From Eubacteriales bacterium (GTDB lineage Bacteria; Bacillota; Clostridia; Oscillospirales; CAG-272), in NCBI GenBank assembly GCA_045645605.1, contig JAZRJC010000043.1, positions 1 through 45,992 of the forward strand: DNA of 45,992 bases. The letters are read 5' to 3'. The stretch's first letter is position 1, and every line of letters begins with the position of its first letter. The notes below the pieces were generated by a model that searched no databases, was not told the origin of the DNA, and saw nothing but the letters and a program-made list of their open reading frames with translations. The position numbers and the translations under genes are program-made. Below, piece by piece: positions 17,678-25,547 of this stretch.

Positions 17678-18613
17678 TTACCTTCCAAGCGTAAGTGCCG
17701 CCACGAGAAAAATCAGGTAGCAAGCAAGACTTGGAGGAGTCAGAAGTGCTTTATAGTAAATATCAGATTGTTTTCTTTGTTGCTTTTCTCGGAGGTCATC
17801 GGCTTTTTTGCGTCTGCCTCTTCCCGATACCTCTCGCGTCCTGTCTGACGGCGAGGAGGAGGGCAGATTAGCCCTTGAATAACGGCGGTACAGTCTTGCC
17901 GCCTCACTGCAGAACAGAAAAAGAAAGACAAGAAGAACTGCCACGAGAATGAGAATGAAAAGCTCGTCGCTTCCCGTTGTTTTATAAATTTCGTTAATTG
18001 CACTCTGTCCAAAAAGTCCGTACATATTGAATAGGAAATGAAGGACTATTCCGCCGAGCAGCGAACGGGTCGCAAGCGTTGTCAGATGTATAACGATGCC
18101 TGCAAAAACGTAAATTATAAGCATCGGCAGGCTGAAATGAAGCATCGAGAAAAAGAGAGTCGTCATAACTATCGAGAGAGGAATTCCGTATTTTTCATAT
18201 TCCGCCGATATGACTCCGCGAAACATAAATTCCTCGCATACGGCAGGTAGCGCCGCATAGGCAATAGTTATGATGAAGAAGGATTCCGCCGTTCCGTCGT
18301 GTCGGACGTTGTAAGTATTGTACAGCGAAAACTCCTCCGAGGCAGTTCCCGTTCCCGTTGCGATTCCGATAATTAATGAGCCACAAACAAGAATCACCGC
18401 ACCAAGAAAAGCCAGAAGTATCTGCTCAAGCCCGACAGCGCGCAGCTTTAATCGCTTTGTAAAGTCCTCTCCCTTTATTTTGCAGTAGATTACCGAGGTT
18501 AAAAGAATAAGAACGACCTGCAAAGCTATAACCGTCAGATGTTGACCTCCGTCTATTCTCCCTGCAACGTCGAGCCATCCTGCCATAGCAACAAGGAAAA
18601 ACACGAGCGCCAC
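17678..18613 (-). CDS. CPBP family intramembrane glutamic endopeptidase (CAAX protease-like), 311 aa
   Basis: It is a multi-TM protein with EEFMFRGV, FSMLHF and HFLFN motifs. The start is uncertain: the ORF track uses GTG 18613 with no clear SD, and ATG 18586 is an alternative. The C-terminal tail is basic. Confidence 0.75.
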   Translation of the reverse strand: MALVFFLVAMAGWLDVAGRIDGGQHLTVIALQVVLILLTSVIYCKIKGEDFTKRLKLRAVGLEQILLAFLGAVILVCGSLIIGIATGTGTASEEFSLYNTYNVRHDGTAESFFIITIAYAALPAVCEEFMFRGVISAEYEKYGIPLSIVMTTLFFSMLHFSLPMLIIYVFAGIVIHLTTLATRSLLGGIVLHFLFNMYGLFGQSAINEIYKTTGSDELFILILVAVLLVFLFLFCSEAARLYRRYSRANLPSSSPSDRTREVSGRGRRKKADDLREKQQRKQSDIYYKALLTPPSLACYLIFLVAALTLGR

Positions 18614-18663
18614 GAAAATAGGGGCGCTTATATAGGAACGTATTCCTTTTGTATCTGAAACAG

Positions 18664-19299
18664 CTATGAGATCACACCCTTTTCAGTTATAATTACGTCT
18701 GTTTTTATATCGTGAATATCACTCGGAAGCGGCTTATCCGATAAGCAAATCGAATAGGTCGGGGCTATCGAGACGATTGATAGCCGAGAGTGAGGATCTT
18801 TCCTTTTCAGGCGGATAATTTCATCAAAAAATCTGTCGTAATAGCCTCCGCCGTAGCCTATTCGCCCTCCGTACACGTCAAAAACAGCACCCGGCATAAG
18901 ACAGAGCACCTTCGTTTCTTCTCCCGATTCTAAAAGCTCAGAGAAATTGACCTCCTTGCAGTCCTCGGTCGGCTCGGTGATTCCGTAATTGCCCGCGGAA
19001 AAATCGTCAAACGAGGAAATGGTCTTAAAAATCATCTTGCGTGTGTCAGGCAGACAAACGGGGAATGCCACCGTCTTCCCAAGTCGCAAGGCCTCCTTCG
19101 CAATAGGCAGAACGTCAACTTCGCCTTTTTTTGAGATGGGATAGTAGCAAAGGATCACGTCTGCGAGAGAAAAGTCGGACGTCGCTATAACGTTATCACA
19201 AATTTCTCCGTCAAGCCTTGCCCTTTCATCGACCGAAAGCGCTAAACGAAGTCCTATATAATGAGAGCGAATCGACTTTTTTTCTTCCGAAATGTTCAT
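18664..19299 (-). CDS. 5-formyltetrahydrofolate cyclo-ligase, 211 aa
   Basis: Taken from ORF 18664..19365. I start it at ATG 19299 (GGGAG SD), giving MNISEEKKSIRSHY. The family-typical GGGYYDRF motif lies near the C-terminal third. Confidence 0.85.
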   Translation of the reverse strand: MNISEEKKSIRSHYIGLRLALSVDERARLDGEICDNVIATSDFSLADVILCYYPISKKGEVDVLPIAKEALRLGKTVAFPVCLPDTRKMIFKTISSFDDFSAGNYGITEPTEDCKEVNFSELLESGEETKVLCLMPGAVFDVYGGRIGYGGGYYDRFFDEIIRLKRKDPHSRLSIVSIAPTYSICLSDKPLPSDIHDIKTDVIITEKGVIS

Positions 19300-19313
19300 T
19301 TTGACTCCCAAAA

Positions 19314-19862
19314 TCAGTCGGCAATAACAGCCGCACGAAGCTCCTCGGACAAAGACTCTCCGCAAAGAGCCGATATGAGCGAGAGCGCAAATTCGAGCGC
19401 TACACCCATTCCTTGCGCCGTAATTATTTTTCCGTCACGGATAACCTTTTTATTCGAGACACGCGCACCGCAAAGATGTTTTTCAAATCCCGGATAGCAG
19501 ATAGCCTCTTTCCCCGAAAGATCTCCTCTTTTCCCAAGAATCATTGGCGCCGCACAAATTGCCGCTATATATTTATCGTTTTGAATGGCAAAATCAAGCG
19601 CCGAGTGAACGATATCCGAAGCGTCAAGGTTTTTCGTGCCGGGCATTCCGCCGGGAAGAATCACCATCTCGGTCTCCGATAGGTCAAGCGTCGCAAATTG
19701 AGAGTCCGTAATGTCGGCCTCAACCGCAATCCCGTGCGACCCCACAATTCTCTTGCCGCCAATACCAACCGTCGTTACAGTTGCACCCGCACGGCGAAGA
19801 AGATCAACAGGCGTCAGCGCCTCGATCTCCTCAAACCCTTCTGCCAAAAATAAATATATCAT
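19314..19862 (-). CDS. DJ-1/PfpI family protein, 182 aa
   Basis: Taken from ORF 19314..19898. I start it at ATG 19862 (AAGAGGAG SD), giving MIYLFLAEGFEEIEAL. The nucleophile-elbow Cys is in AAICAAP. Confidence 0.88.
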   Translation of the reverse strand: MIYLFLAEGFEEIEALTPVDLLRRAGATVTTVGIGGKRIVGSHGIAVEADITDSQFATLDLSETEMVILPGGMPGTKNLDASDIVHSALDFAIQNDKYIAAICAAPMILGKRGDLSGKEAICYPGFEKHLCGARVSNKKVIRDGKIITAQGMGVALEFALSLISALCGESLSEELRAAVIAD

Positions 19863-19867
19863 ATTTT

Positions 19868-19941
19868 CTCCTCTTTTTCGGGGGCTCCTCGCCCGCATAC
19901 CCCTCGCCGCCTTTTTGAAAAAAGGCTTGGCAAAAAACTTT
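19868..19941 (-). repeat. Intergenic structured repeat, copy A (sense with the downstream DJ-1 gene; its 3' end supplies that gene's SD)
   Basis: The minus strand reads aaagttttttgccaa-GCCTTTTTtcAAAAAGGC-GGCGAGGGGTATGCGGGCGAGGAGCCCCCGAAAAAGAGGAG. The 41-nt core (19908-19868) matches 44778-44818 at 39 of 41 positions. The upstream hairpin (19909-19926) differs from copy B in sequence but remains palindromic. Confidence 0.7.
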
Positions 19942-19995
19942 CACCTTGGGGGGGTGGATTTTTAACTTACTCGCTACATAAAGCTTCTTTTTTTC

Positions 19996-21285
19996 TCAAA
20001 AAGCTCCGGCAATATCCTCAATCCTGCACTCAAGCTCTTCTCTCGTTGCAAGATTCTTGATCTTTACAATACCCGAGTCAAGCTCGCTCTTACCCATAAT
20101 TACAACGTGCGAATATCCACCGCGAACAGCGTATTCGATCTGCTTGCCGATCTTCTTTATTCCGATATAGGGACTTGCAACGATATCATTTTCACGAAGC
20201 GCGTCAACTATCTTGCAGTATTCCTTCATCTCAACGTCGTCAAATCTCGCAACGAGCACACGGCTCTTGCCCTCGTCAAGATTCGGAACAAGCTTGTGCG
20301 ACACGAGGAAGTTTTCAAGAGTAACGTCTCCGCAGCCGAAGCCTACTCCCGAAATATTAGTGTTCTTTACGAAAAGACCGACAAGGTTATCGTATCTTCC
20401 GCCGCCGAACATAGCGCGGTTATTTTCGGGGTCCTCGTCGAACACCTCAAAAACAGTACCCGTATAATAGTCAAGACCGCGGATAATTCCGAAGTCAAAT
20501 ACGCAATATTTATCAAGGCCGAGTGCCGTGATAGCGGCAAAGAGCGCGCGAAGCTCCGCTGAACCAACGGAATCGGGGCAAAGGGCAGTTGCCTCCTCAA
20601 CGCTCATTCCGTAAAGAGCGTCGATTTTGGCAATCTTGTCCGCGCCAATGTTGAGCTCGGAAAGAGCCGCCTCATAAGCCTCTCTTGTGATCTTGTTCTT
20701 TCTGTCAACGATCTTTGAAACGCGGCGGCTTCCCTCGGCGTCTGTTCCGCAGATTGCCGCAATTACGTCATTGAAGAAGCGGCGGTTGTTGATATGCACC
20801 TTGAACATACTCTCGTCCGCACCAAAGCGACGAAGAAGCATTACGGCTGTCTGAATCACCTCAAGGTCAGCGTCATACGTATCACAGCCGAAGATATCGA
20901 CGTTTATCTGCCAATGCTCGCGCAAACGTCCTCTCTGCGGACGCTCGTATCTGTAAAGGTTCGGAATACTGAACCATTTAAGCGGCATATTAAGGTCGCC
21001 CATCCTTGCCGCAACCAAGCGCGCTACGGTGGGGGTCATTTCGGGACGGACTGCTAAGCGGCGGCCGCCTCTGTCTGTGAAATTATATGTCTGCTCGTTT
21101 GCGATTTCCTCTCCGCTTTTTGCAATATAAAGCTCAAGGCTCTCAAGCATAGGGCCGTTGTATTCCTCAAAGGCGGCAAGCTTCAGCGCTTCCTTTACCT
21201 TATCGAAAAACCAATTACGGAGCTTCATATCCTCGGGATAAAAATCTCTCGTGCCTTTATAGGGTTGTGTTGATAATTTTTCCAT
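19996..21285 (-). CDS. hisS: Histidine--tRNA ligase, 429 aa
   Basis: Taken from ORF 19996..21351. I start it at ATG 21285 (GGAGG SD), giving MEKLSTQPYKGTRDFYPEDM. The class II motifs are RPEMTPTVAR, YRYERPQRGRLREH and GGGRYDNLV. Confidence 0.93.
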   Translation of the reverse strand: MEKLSTQPYKGTRDFYPEDMKLRNWFFDKVKEALKLAAFEEYNGPMLESLELYIAKSGEEIANEQTYNFTDRGGRRLAVRPEMTPTVARLVAARMGDLNMPLKWFSIPNLYRYERPQRGRLREHWQINVDIFGCDTYDADLEVIQTAVMLLRRFGADESMFKVHINNRRFFNDVIAAICGTDAEGSRRVSKIVDRKNKITREAYEAALSELNIGADKIAKIDALYGMSVEEATALCPDSVGSAELRALFAAITALGLDKYCVFDFGIIRGLDYYTGTVFEVFDEDPENNRAMFGGGRYDNLVGLFVKNTNISGVGFGCGDVTLENFLVSHKLVPNLDEGKSRVLVARFDDVEMKEYCKIVDALRENDIVASPYIGIKKIGKQIEYAVRGGYSHVVIMGKSELDSGIVKIKNLATREELECRIEDIAGAF

Positions 21286-21469
21286 AGTGCCTCCAAAAAC
21301 CGCGTCGGCGGTTGCTTTTTTCCTTGTGATGTAATTGAAACAATTATTCAATTTTATAGTATATCACAAAAACTCGGCTTTGTCTATATTTAAGAGATAT
21401 TTTTACCGTTTATTTACATATAAATATGCGTTTTTTGTCATTTGGCAGAAAAAAACAGCTCTCCGCCAA

Positions 21470-21512
21470 CGAAAAAAGGCTGTCGGGGGAGCAAAAATCC
21501 ACCCGACAGTCG
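21470..21512 (-). terminator. Rho-independent terminator after the pseudouridine synthase gene
   Basis: On the minus strand the stem is CTGTCGGG...CCCGACAG (21510-21481), followed by CCTTTTTTCG. Confidence 0.6.
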
Positions 21513-21534
21513 CATTATATTCGTTTTTATATTT

Positions 21535-22233
21535 TCACTCAAAATTATATGCCTCAGGCGGAAAAAGACTCCACGGAAAAAGCTCCGTGTCGGGAATCTT
21601 CCTTACCGTTATTCTCTCACGTTTTCCACAGGGAAGCGTCAGAGAAATCGACGCCGACGCAAGTCCTATTGCGTGGTTTTTGATTCTGTTATCCGAGCCT
21701 CCGTATTTTCCGTCCCCTAAAATCGGCATTCGTCGGGAGGAGAACTGTACTCTTATCTGGTGCGTCCGCCCCGTATAAAGCCTTATCCTCACAAGCGAAA
21801 CAGGTGTCCCGTCTGCCTCGTCGATGACACTTGCCATAAGCTTATACGAAAGCCTCGCCTCCTTCACCCTCGCACGCATACGGTCAACCACAAAGGTTTT
21901 GTTTATTCGCGAATCGTGGTAAAGAAGGTCAGTGTGCTCTCCCTCCTTGTCGGGCAAGCCCTTTACCACCGCAAAATATTCCTTTACGCAATCGTCCTTA
22001 TCAGAAAAAGCCGCCTGCAGCACCCCTGCCGTTTTTTTGCTCTTCGATACGAGCATAACTCCCGAAACGCCTCTGTCAAGGCGGTGAATAAGCGAAAGCT
22101 CCTCTTTTTTTATCTGCCTTTCCTCTTCAATGAGAGAAAGAAGGTCGGGCGCGCTTGTTCCGTCGCCTTGCGACAGCACCCCCGCGGGCTTATAGCAAGC
22201 TATTACATTTCTGTCCTCAAGCAATATTTCCAT
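21535..22233 (-). CDS. RluA family pseudouridine synthase, 232 aa
   Basis: The catalytic motif is HRLDRGVSGVML, and the GRTHQIRVQ motif is also present. There is no S4 domain (short form). Confidence 0.88.
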   Translation of the reverse strand: MEILLEDRNVIACYKPAGVLSQGDGTSAPDLLSLIEEERQIKKEELSLIHRLDRGVSGVMLVSKSKKTAGVLQAAFSDKDDCVKEYFAVVKGLPDKEGEHTDLLYHDSRINKTFVVDRMRARVKEARLSYKLMASVIDEADGTPVSLVRIRLYTGRTHQIRVQFSSRRMPILGDGKYGGSDNRIKNHAIGLASASISLTLPCGKRERITVRKIPDTELFPWSLFPPEAYNFE

Positions 22234-22386
22234 AAGCTTCGCCCCCTTCGTGATTTAAGAAAATTATATCACACGGACAGACCAAAGTCAATATTCTCGA
22301 AGGACAATTTCTGCCTTCCAAAATATAACGAAAAGAAAAAAGCTGAAGAATAAATAAACTTTTTACAAAAATATTACAAAAAACTC

Positions 22387-22415
22387 TTGCAAAAAGCTGA
22401 AATCTGTAGTATAAT
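22387..22415 (+). promoter_or_regulatory. Sigma-70-type promoter for efp
   Basis: -35 TTGCAA (22387-22392), a 17-nt spacer, then -10 TATAAT (22410-22415). Confidence 0.55.
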
Positions 22416-22465
22416 AAAATGAAAATATTTTATGACTTAAATAAAATTCTTGGAGGATTAAAATT

Positions 22466-23023
22466 ATGGTAGTAGCTGGCGATTTCAAAAACGGCGTTAC
22501 GTTCGATATGGACGGACAGGTTATGCAGGTTATTGAATTCCAACACGTAAAGCCCGGTAAAGGCGCAGCTTTCGTTCGTGCAAAAGTTAAAAACGTTATC
22601 ACAGGTGCTGTGATCGAAAGAACCTTCAACCCCACCGATAAGTTCGAGAACGCTTACATCGAAAGAAAAGAAATGCAGTATTCTTACGACGACGGTGACC
22701 TTTATCACTTCCTTGACACAGAGACTTGGGAGGAAACTCTCGTTGCTCACGACAAGGTTGGCGATAGCTTTAAGTTCGTTAAGGAAGAGATGCTCTGCAA
22801 GATCATTTCTTATAAGGGCAACATCTTTGACATCGAGCCCCCCACATTCGTTGAGCTTGAGGTTACTGAAACAGACCCCGGCTTTGCAGGCAACACAGCA
22901 ACGAACACTCTCAAGCCCGCAACTCTTGAGACAGGTGCTACAATCAAGGTTCCGCTCTTTATCAACGTTGGCGACGTTTTGAAGATTGACACCCGTACAG
23001 GCGAATATCTCTCGCGCGCATAA
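22466..23023 (+). CDS. efp: Translation elongation factor P, 185 aa
   Basis: The sequence [44 protein letters not shown] includes the KPGKG loop. A GGAGGA SD is present. Confidence 0.95.
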   Translation: MVVAGDFKNGVTFDMDGQVMQVIEFQHVKPGKGAAFVRAKVKNVITGAVIERTFNPTDKFENAYIERKEMQYSYDDGDLYHFLDTETWEETLVAHDKVGDSFKFVKEEMLCKIISYKGNIFDIEPPTFVELEVTETDPGFAGNTATNTLKPATLETGATIKVPLFINVGDVLKIDTRTGEYLSRA

Positions 23024-23112
23024 ACGCCTTATTGCTATTTGAAATTTTATGGGGAAGTTCATTTTGCAACTTCCCCTGAATTATATTAAATTAAACACGG
23101 AGGATTAAATTT

Positions 23113-23568
23113 ATGACTATTTCCGAGAAGGCTGCTTATATCAAAGGACTTGCTGAGGGTCTTGCCCTTGACGAGACAAAACCCGAGGCGAAGCTTATAA
23201 ACGAGCTTATCAATATTATCGGCGAGATGGCACAGGAGATTGCCGATCTTCACGAGGACGCTGATTACCTCAACGAATATATCGAGGAGCTCGACGAGGA
23301 CCTTGGTGCTCTCGAAGAGGACTTCTATGATTGCGACGACGAATGCGGCTGTGGCTGTGGCTGCGATTGCGACTGTGGCTGCGATTGCGACTGTGACTGC
23401 GATTGTGACTGCGATTGTGGTTGTGGTTGTGATTGCGACGACCTTGATTGCTATGAAGCGACCTGCCCCGCTTGCGGAGAGGACGTTTGCTTCGATTCTT
23501 CCATCGACCCCACGAATCTCACATGTCCCGCTTGCGGCGAAAAGTTTGATTGCGAAATCGAGGAATAA
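23113..23568 (+). CDS. Small acidic Cys-rich protein: helical N-domain, (Cys-Gly/Cys-Asp)x16 tract and two CPACGE zinc-knuckles, 151 aa
   Basis: A GGAGGA SD lies 7 nt before ATG 23113. The gene has its own terminator. There are 24 Cys in 151 residues. Residues 78-109 read CGCGCGCDCDCGCDCDCDCDCDCDCGCGCDCD. The C-terminus reads CPACGEDVCF...CPACGEKFDC. Confidence 0.85.
   Translation: MTISEKAAYIKGLAEGLALDETKPEAKLINELINIIGEMAQEIADLHEDADYLNEYIEELDEDLGALEEDFYDCDDECGCGCGCDCDCGCDCDCDCDCDCDCGCGCDCDDLDCYEATCPACGEDVCFDSSIDPTNLTCPACGEKFDCEIEE
23344..23439 (+). repeat. In-frame (TGY-GRY)16 tandem repeat encoding the Cys-X tract
   Basis: The tract is 96 nt. It contains nested exact duplications: ggctgt x2 (23347-23358), ggctgcgattgcgactgt x2 (23359-23394), gactgcgattgt x2 (23395-23418) and ggttgt x2 (23419-23430). 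Confidence 0.9.
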
Positions 23569-23576
23569 TAAAAAAC

Positions 23577-23606
23577 AAAGGCGAAGGTTTAACCTTCGCC
23601 TTTTTG
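23577..23606 (+). terminator. Rho-independent terminator after the Cys-rich protein gene
   Basis: Stem ggcgaagg (23580-23587) pairs with ccttcgcc (23593-23600), followed by TTTTT. Confidence 0.7.
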
Positions 23607-23610
23607 AAGG

Positions 23611-23641
23611 GAAAAGGGCGGATTTGATATCCGCCCTTTGT
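23611..23641 (-). terminator. Hairpin terminator after glyA
   Basis: Stem gggcggat (23616-23623) pairs with atccgccc (23629-23636). On the minus strand it is followed by TTTTCCC. It lies 8 nt beyond the glyA stop. Confidence 0.55.
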
Positions 23642-23643
23642 TT

Positions 23644-24882
23644 TTATCTGTTGTAAATCGGGAACTTCTCGCAAAGAGAAATTACTTCCTCGCAAACCGC
23701 GTCGCGCTTTGCGTCAAAATCAAACATCACGTCGTGGATAAAGCCTGCAACCTTCAGCATTTCAGCCTCACCAAAGCCGCGAGAGGTTATTGCGGGGGTG
23801 CCGATACGCAATCCGCTTGTGATAAACGGACTTCTGGGGTCATCAGGGATAGCGTTCTTGTTGGCTGTGATATGCACCTCGTCAAGACGGTGCTCAAGCT
23901 CCTTACCCGTAAGCTCAAGATCGCGAAGGTCAAGAAGCATAAGGTGGTTGTCGGTACCGCCCGACACCAGCTTTACGCCCTTTTCCATAAGAGCCGTTGA
24001 GAGCACGTTTGCATTCTTAACAACCTGACGCGCGTAAGCCTTGAAATCGTCAGAGAGAGCCTCGCCGAGAGCAACTGCCTTTGCGGCGATAATGTGCATA
24101 AGAGGGCCGCCCTGTGTTCCGGGGAATATAGCCTTGTCGATCTGCTTTGCAAGCTCTTCACGGCAGAGAATAAGACCGCCGCGAGGGCCACGAAGCGTCT
24201 TATGAGTCGTTGTTGTAACAACGTCTGCATAAGGAACGGGATTCGGATGCTCGCCTGCCGCAACAAGACCTGCAATATGAGCCATATCAACCATAAAATA
24301 TGCGCCAACCTTGTCGGCAATTTCACGGAATCTCTTGAAATCTATAACACGGGGATATGCCGACGCTCCTGCAAGAATAAGCTTCGGCTTATGCTGGAGA
24401 GCCAGCTTTTCAACCTCATCGTAGTCGATAGTCTGCGTTTCACTTGAAACGCCGTAGGGAACGATGTTAAAATACTTACCCGAAATATTTACGGGTGAGC
24501 CGTGGGAAAGGTGGCCGCCATGTGCCAGGTTCATAGAGAGAACCGTGTCGCCCGGCTCAAGAAGAGCAAAGAATACGGCAAGATTTGCGTTTGCTCCGCT
24601 GTGAGGCTGAACGTTTGCGTGCTCCGCACCAAAAAGCTTTTTAGCTCTCTCGCGCGCGATCTCCTCAACCTCGTCAACGTAAACACAGCCGCCGTAGTAT
24701 CTCTTTCCCGGATATCCCTCGGCATACTTGTTTGTCAAAACTCCGCCCGCCGCCAAAAGAACGGCCTCGGATACGATATTTTCACTTGCGATAAGCTCGA
24801 TGTTCTGACGCTGACGGCAAAGCTCACGCTCGCAGGCTGTGGCAACGTCGGCATCAAAATTCTTCAAATCCTCAAAAAACAT
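23644..24882 (-). CDS. glyA: Serine hydroxymethyltransferase, 412 aa
   Basis: The sequence contains [16 protein letters not shown] and the PLP site [23 protein letters not shown] is present. Confidence 0.95.
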   Translation of the reverse strand: MFFEDLKNFDADVATACERELCRQRQNIELIASENIVSEAVLLAAGGVLTNKYAEGYPGKRYYGGCVYVDEVEEIARERAKKLFGAEHANVQPHSGANANLAVFFALLEPGDTVLSMNLAHGGHLSHGSPVNISGKYFNIVPYGVSSETQTIDYDEVEKLALQHKPKLILAGASAYPRVIDFKRFREIADKVGAYFMVDMAHIAGLVAAGEHPNPVPYADVVTTTTHKTLRGPRGGLILCREELAKQIDKAIFPGTQGGPLMHIIAAKAVALGEALSDDFKAYARQVVKNANVLSTALMEKGVKLVSGGTDNHLMLLDLRDLELTGKELEHRLDEVHITANKNAIPDDPRSPFITSGLRIGTPAITSRGFGEAEMLKVAGFIHDVMFDFDAKRDAVCEEVISLCEKFPIYNR

Positions 24883-24976
24883 TTACGGTTCCTCCAAAAT
24901 AATATATTGTAAATTCGCGACAGCGGGGCTTTTTATAAGCAAGCCGCCGCTTTTATTATGCTCCGTAAAGCAAAAT

Positions 24977-25546
24977 TTAATTATTGTATCCCAAGTCGAA
25001 TGCCTTTTTGTTTATCTCAACAAACTGCGGCTTTACGCTCTTCTCAATAGCGGATATCCACTTCTCATAAGGGATATCGAGATACTTTGCAAGTCTGCCC
25101 ATAAGAACGATATTTACGCTCTTGACGTTTCCTGCACTCGTTGCAAGAGAAAGTGCGTCAATGGCGTCAACCGATACGCCCTTTGCAGAAAGCTCACAAA
25201 GAATAGTGTCGGGATATTCGGCAGCACCCGTGATTACGGGCATAGGCTCGATTTTCTGTGTGTTTACGATAATTTTACCGTCAGTGGCAAGACAAGCTGC
25301 GTGACGTGCCGCCTCAAGCTTCTCAAAGGAAACGATAAAATCAGCCTCGCCCTCGGCAATTATGGGGGAATAAACCTTCTCGCCGTATCTTACATAGGTA
25401 ACGACAGAGCCGCCGCGCTGGCTCATTCCGTGTACCTCGCTTACCTTAACGTCATATCCTTCGTCGGTAAGAAGAGCACCGAGAAGCTTACTTGCAAGAA
25501 GGCTTCCCTGACCGCCAACTCCGACAATCATTACATTTTTAACCAT
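24977..25546 (-). CDS. iorB: Indolepyruvate:ferredoxin oxidoreductase subunit beta, 189 aa
   Basis: Taken from ORF 24977..25630. I start it at ATG 25546, 1 nt after the iorA stop, with GGAGGA inside the end of iorA. The N-terminus MVKNVMIVGVGGQGSLLASKLLG is typical of the gamma/IorB-type domain. Confidence 0.85.
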   Translation of the reverse strand: MVKNVMIVGVGGQGSLLASKLLGALLTDEGYDVKVSEVHGMSQRGGSVVTYVRYGEKVYSPIIAEGEADFIVSFEKLEAARHAACLATDGKIIVNTQKIEPMPVITGAAEYPDTILCELSAKGVSVDAIDALSLATSAGNVKSVNIVLMGRLAKYLDIPYEKWISAIEKSVKPQFVEINKKAFDLGYNN

Positions 25547-25547
25547 A

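Noticed and set aside
21286-21534. A possible T-box riboswitch upstream of hisS, because GGGTGGA appears at about 21500 on the minus strand.
   Set aside because: The GGGTGG is part of the terminator stem of the upstream pseudouridine synthase gene. There is no TGGTACCGCG-type T-box core, no specifier-loop architecture, and the spacer is too short to hold both a promoter and a T-box.
22430-23062. A 210-aa minus-strand ORF overlapping efp entirely.
   Set aside because: efp on the plus strand is unambiguous (KPGKG loop, SD, promoter). The antisense ORF has no start signals or motifs.
23344-23439. A tandem-repeat tract that at first glance could be a non-coding microsatellite or a mini CRISPR-like array.
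   Set aside because: The period is 6 nt with no spacers, it stays in frame throughout, and it is embedded in a well-supported CDS. It is therefore a coding repeat, not a CRISPR array or intergenic satellite.
23240-23656. A 138-aa ORF in an alternative frame across the Cys-repeat gene (ATTNAAVAVAAIATVAAIATV...).
   Set aside because: It is the same tandem repeat read out of frame. It has no SD and runs through two terminators. The +1 frame (23113..23568) has the SD, the zinc-knuckle motifs and a proper terminator.
24883-24976. A hairpin agcggggctt...aagccgccgct between iorB and glyA, as a possible terminator.
   Set aside because: On the gene (minus) strand it is not followed by a T tract. The T-rich side faces the plus strand, where there is no upstream gene. 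It is too ambiguous to call.
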